Shown here in pieces: positions 63,957 to 64,000 of a DNA stretch of 64,000 nucleotides. Both the position numbers and the translations under genes were made by a program. The first letter of the stretch is position 1. Every line of letters starts with the position of its first letter. The notes under the pieces are model-generated. The model worked only from the letters and a program-made list of their open reading frames with translations, did not search any database and had not been told where the DNA came from. This DNA comes from a virus, in IMG/VR virus record IMGVR_UViG_3300044712_002465, positions 2,502 through 66,501 of that record; one strand, 5' to 3'.

Positions 63957-63998
63957 TTCACACGGCTGGGGTCGCAGGTTCGAAACCTGCAGCGCCCA
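63957..63998 (+). other. 3' half of tRNA-Val(CAC): probable attR core
   Basis: TTCACAC loop, GGCTG, GGGTC, T-arm GCAGG-TTCGAAA-CCTGC, acceptor AGCGCCC-A; the expected 5' stem CAGCC and D-arm are absent. Confidence 0.85.
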
Positions 63999-64000
63999 CT

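Larger units (their letters stand above)
1..63999. mobile_element. Temperate prophage (myovirus-type tail, Mu-like head genes, lambdoid early region); left end lies outside the window
   Basis: Contiguous recombination, immunity, replication, terminase, head, sheath/tube/baseplate and lysis genes, ending at a tRNA 3' fragment; no host housekeeping genes seen. Confidence 0.95.

Noticed and set aside
63925-64000. Intact tRNA gene
   Set aside because: 5' acceptor strand, D-arm and 5' anticodon stem are missing; only the 3' half is present

Overview
The whole window is one very GC-rich temperate prophage. The host is probably Myxococcota/Anaeromyxobacter-like, inferred from composition only. It is truncated on the left inside a C5-cytosine methyltransferase and ends on the right at the 3' half of a tRNA-Val(CAC), the likely attR. 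Layout: (1) a leftward early operon (1-20968) with an MTase, ASCH, a HerA-like ATPase, DUF5131, a SAM-MTase, a YkgJ protein, an SMC-like ATPase, RecT, YqaJ and many small ORFs; (2) a lambda-like immunity switch with two inverted pairs of 16-bp operators (20978-21875); (3) a rightward replication block with initiator, DnaB, RuvC, a tyrosine recombinase and a HigBA-type TA pair; (4) Mu-like head genes and a contractile tail (32167-53155); (5) a lysis region. After lysis comes the most unusual part, a four-gene module (56826-63369) of phage-fibre-like proteins that all carry Sec signal peptides. Other standouts: a conserved promoter-like motif, -35-N12-CCGTGCCAACGG, in front of four late transcription units; a strong tendency for TAG-terminated genes to be followed in frame by the next gene; a holin-like/beta-barrel protein with an internal signal peptide; and a MuF-metallopeptidase fusion. 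All family calls come from motif recognition by eye; no searches were run.
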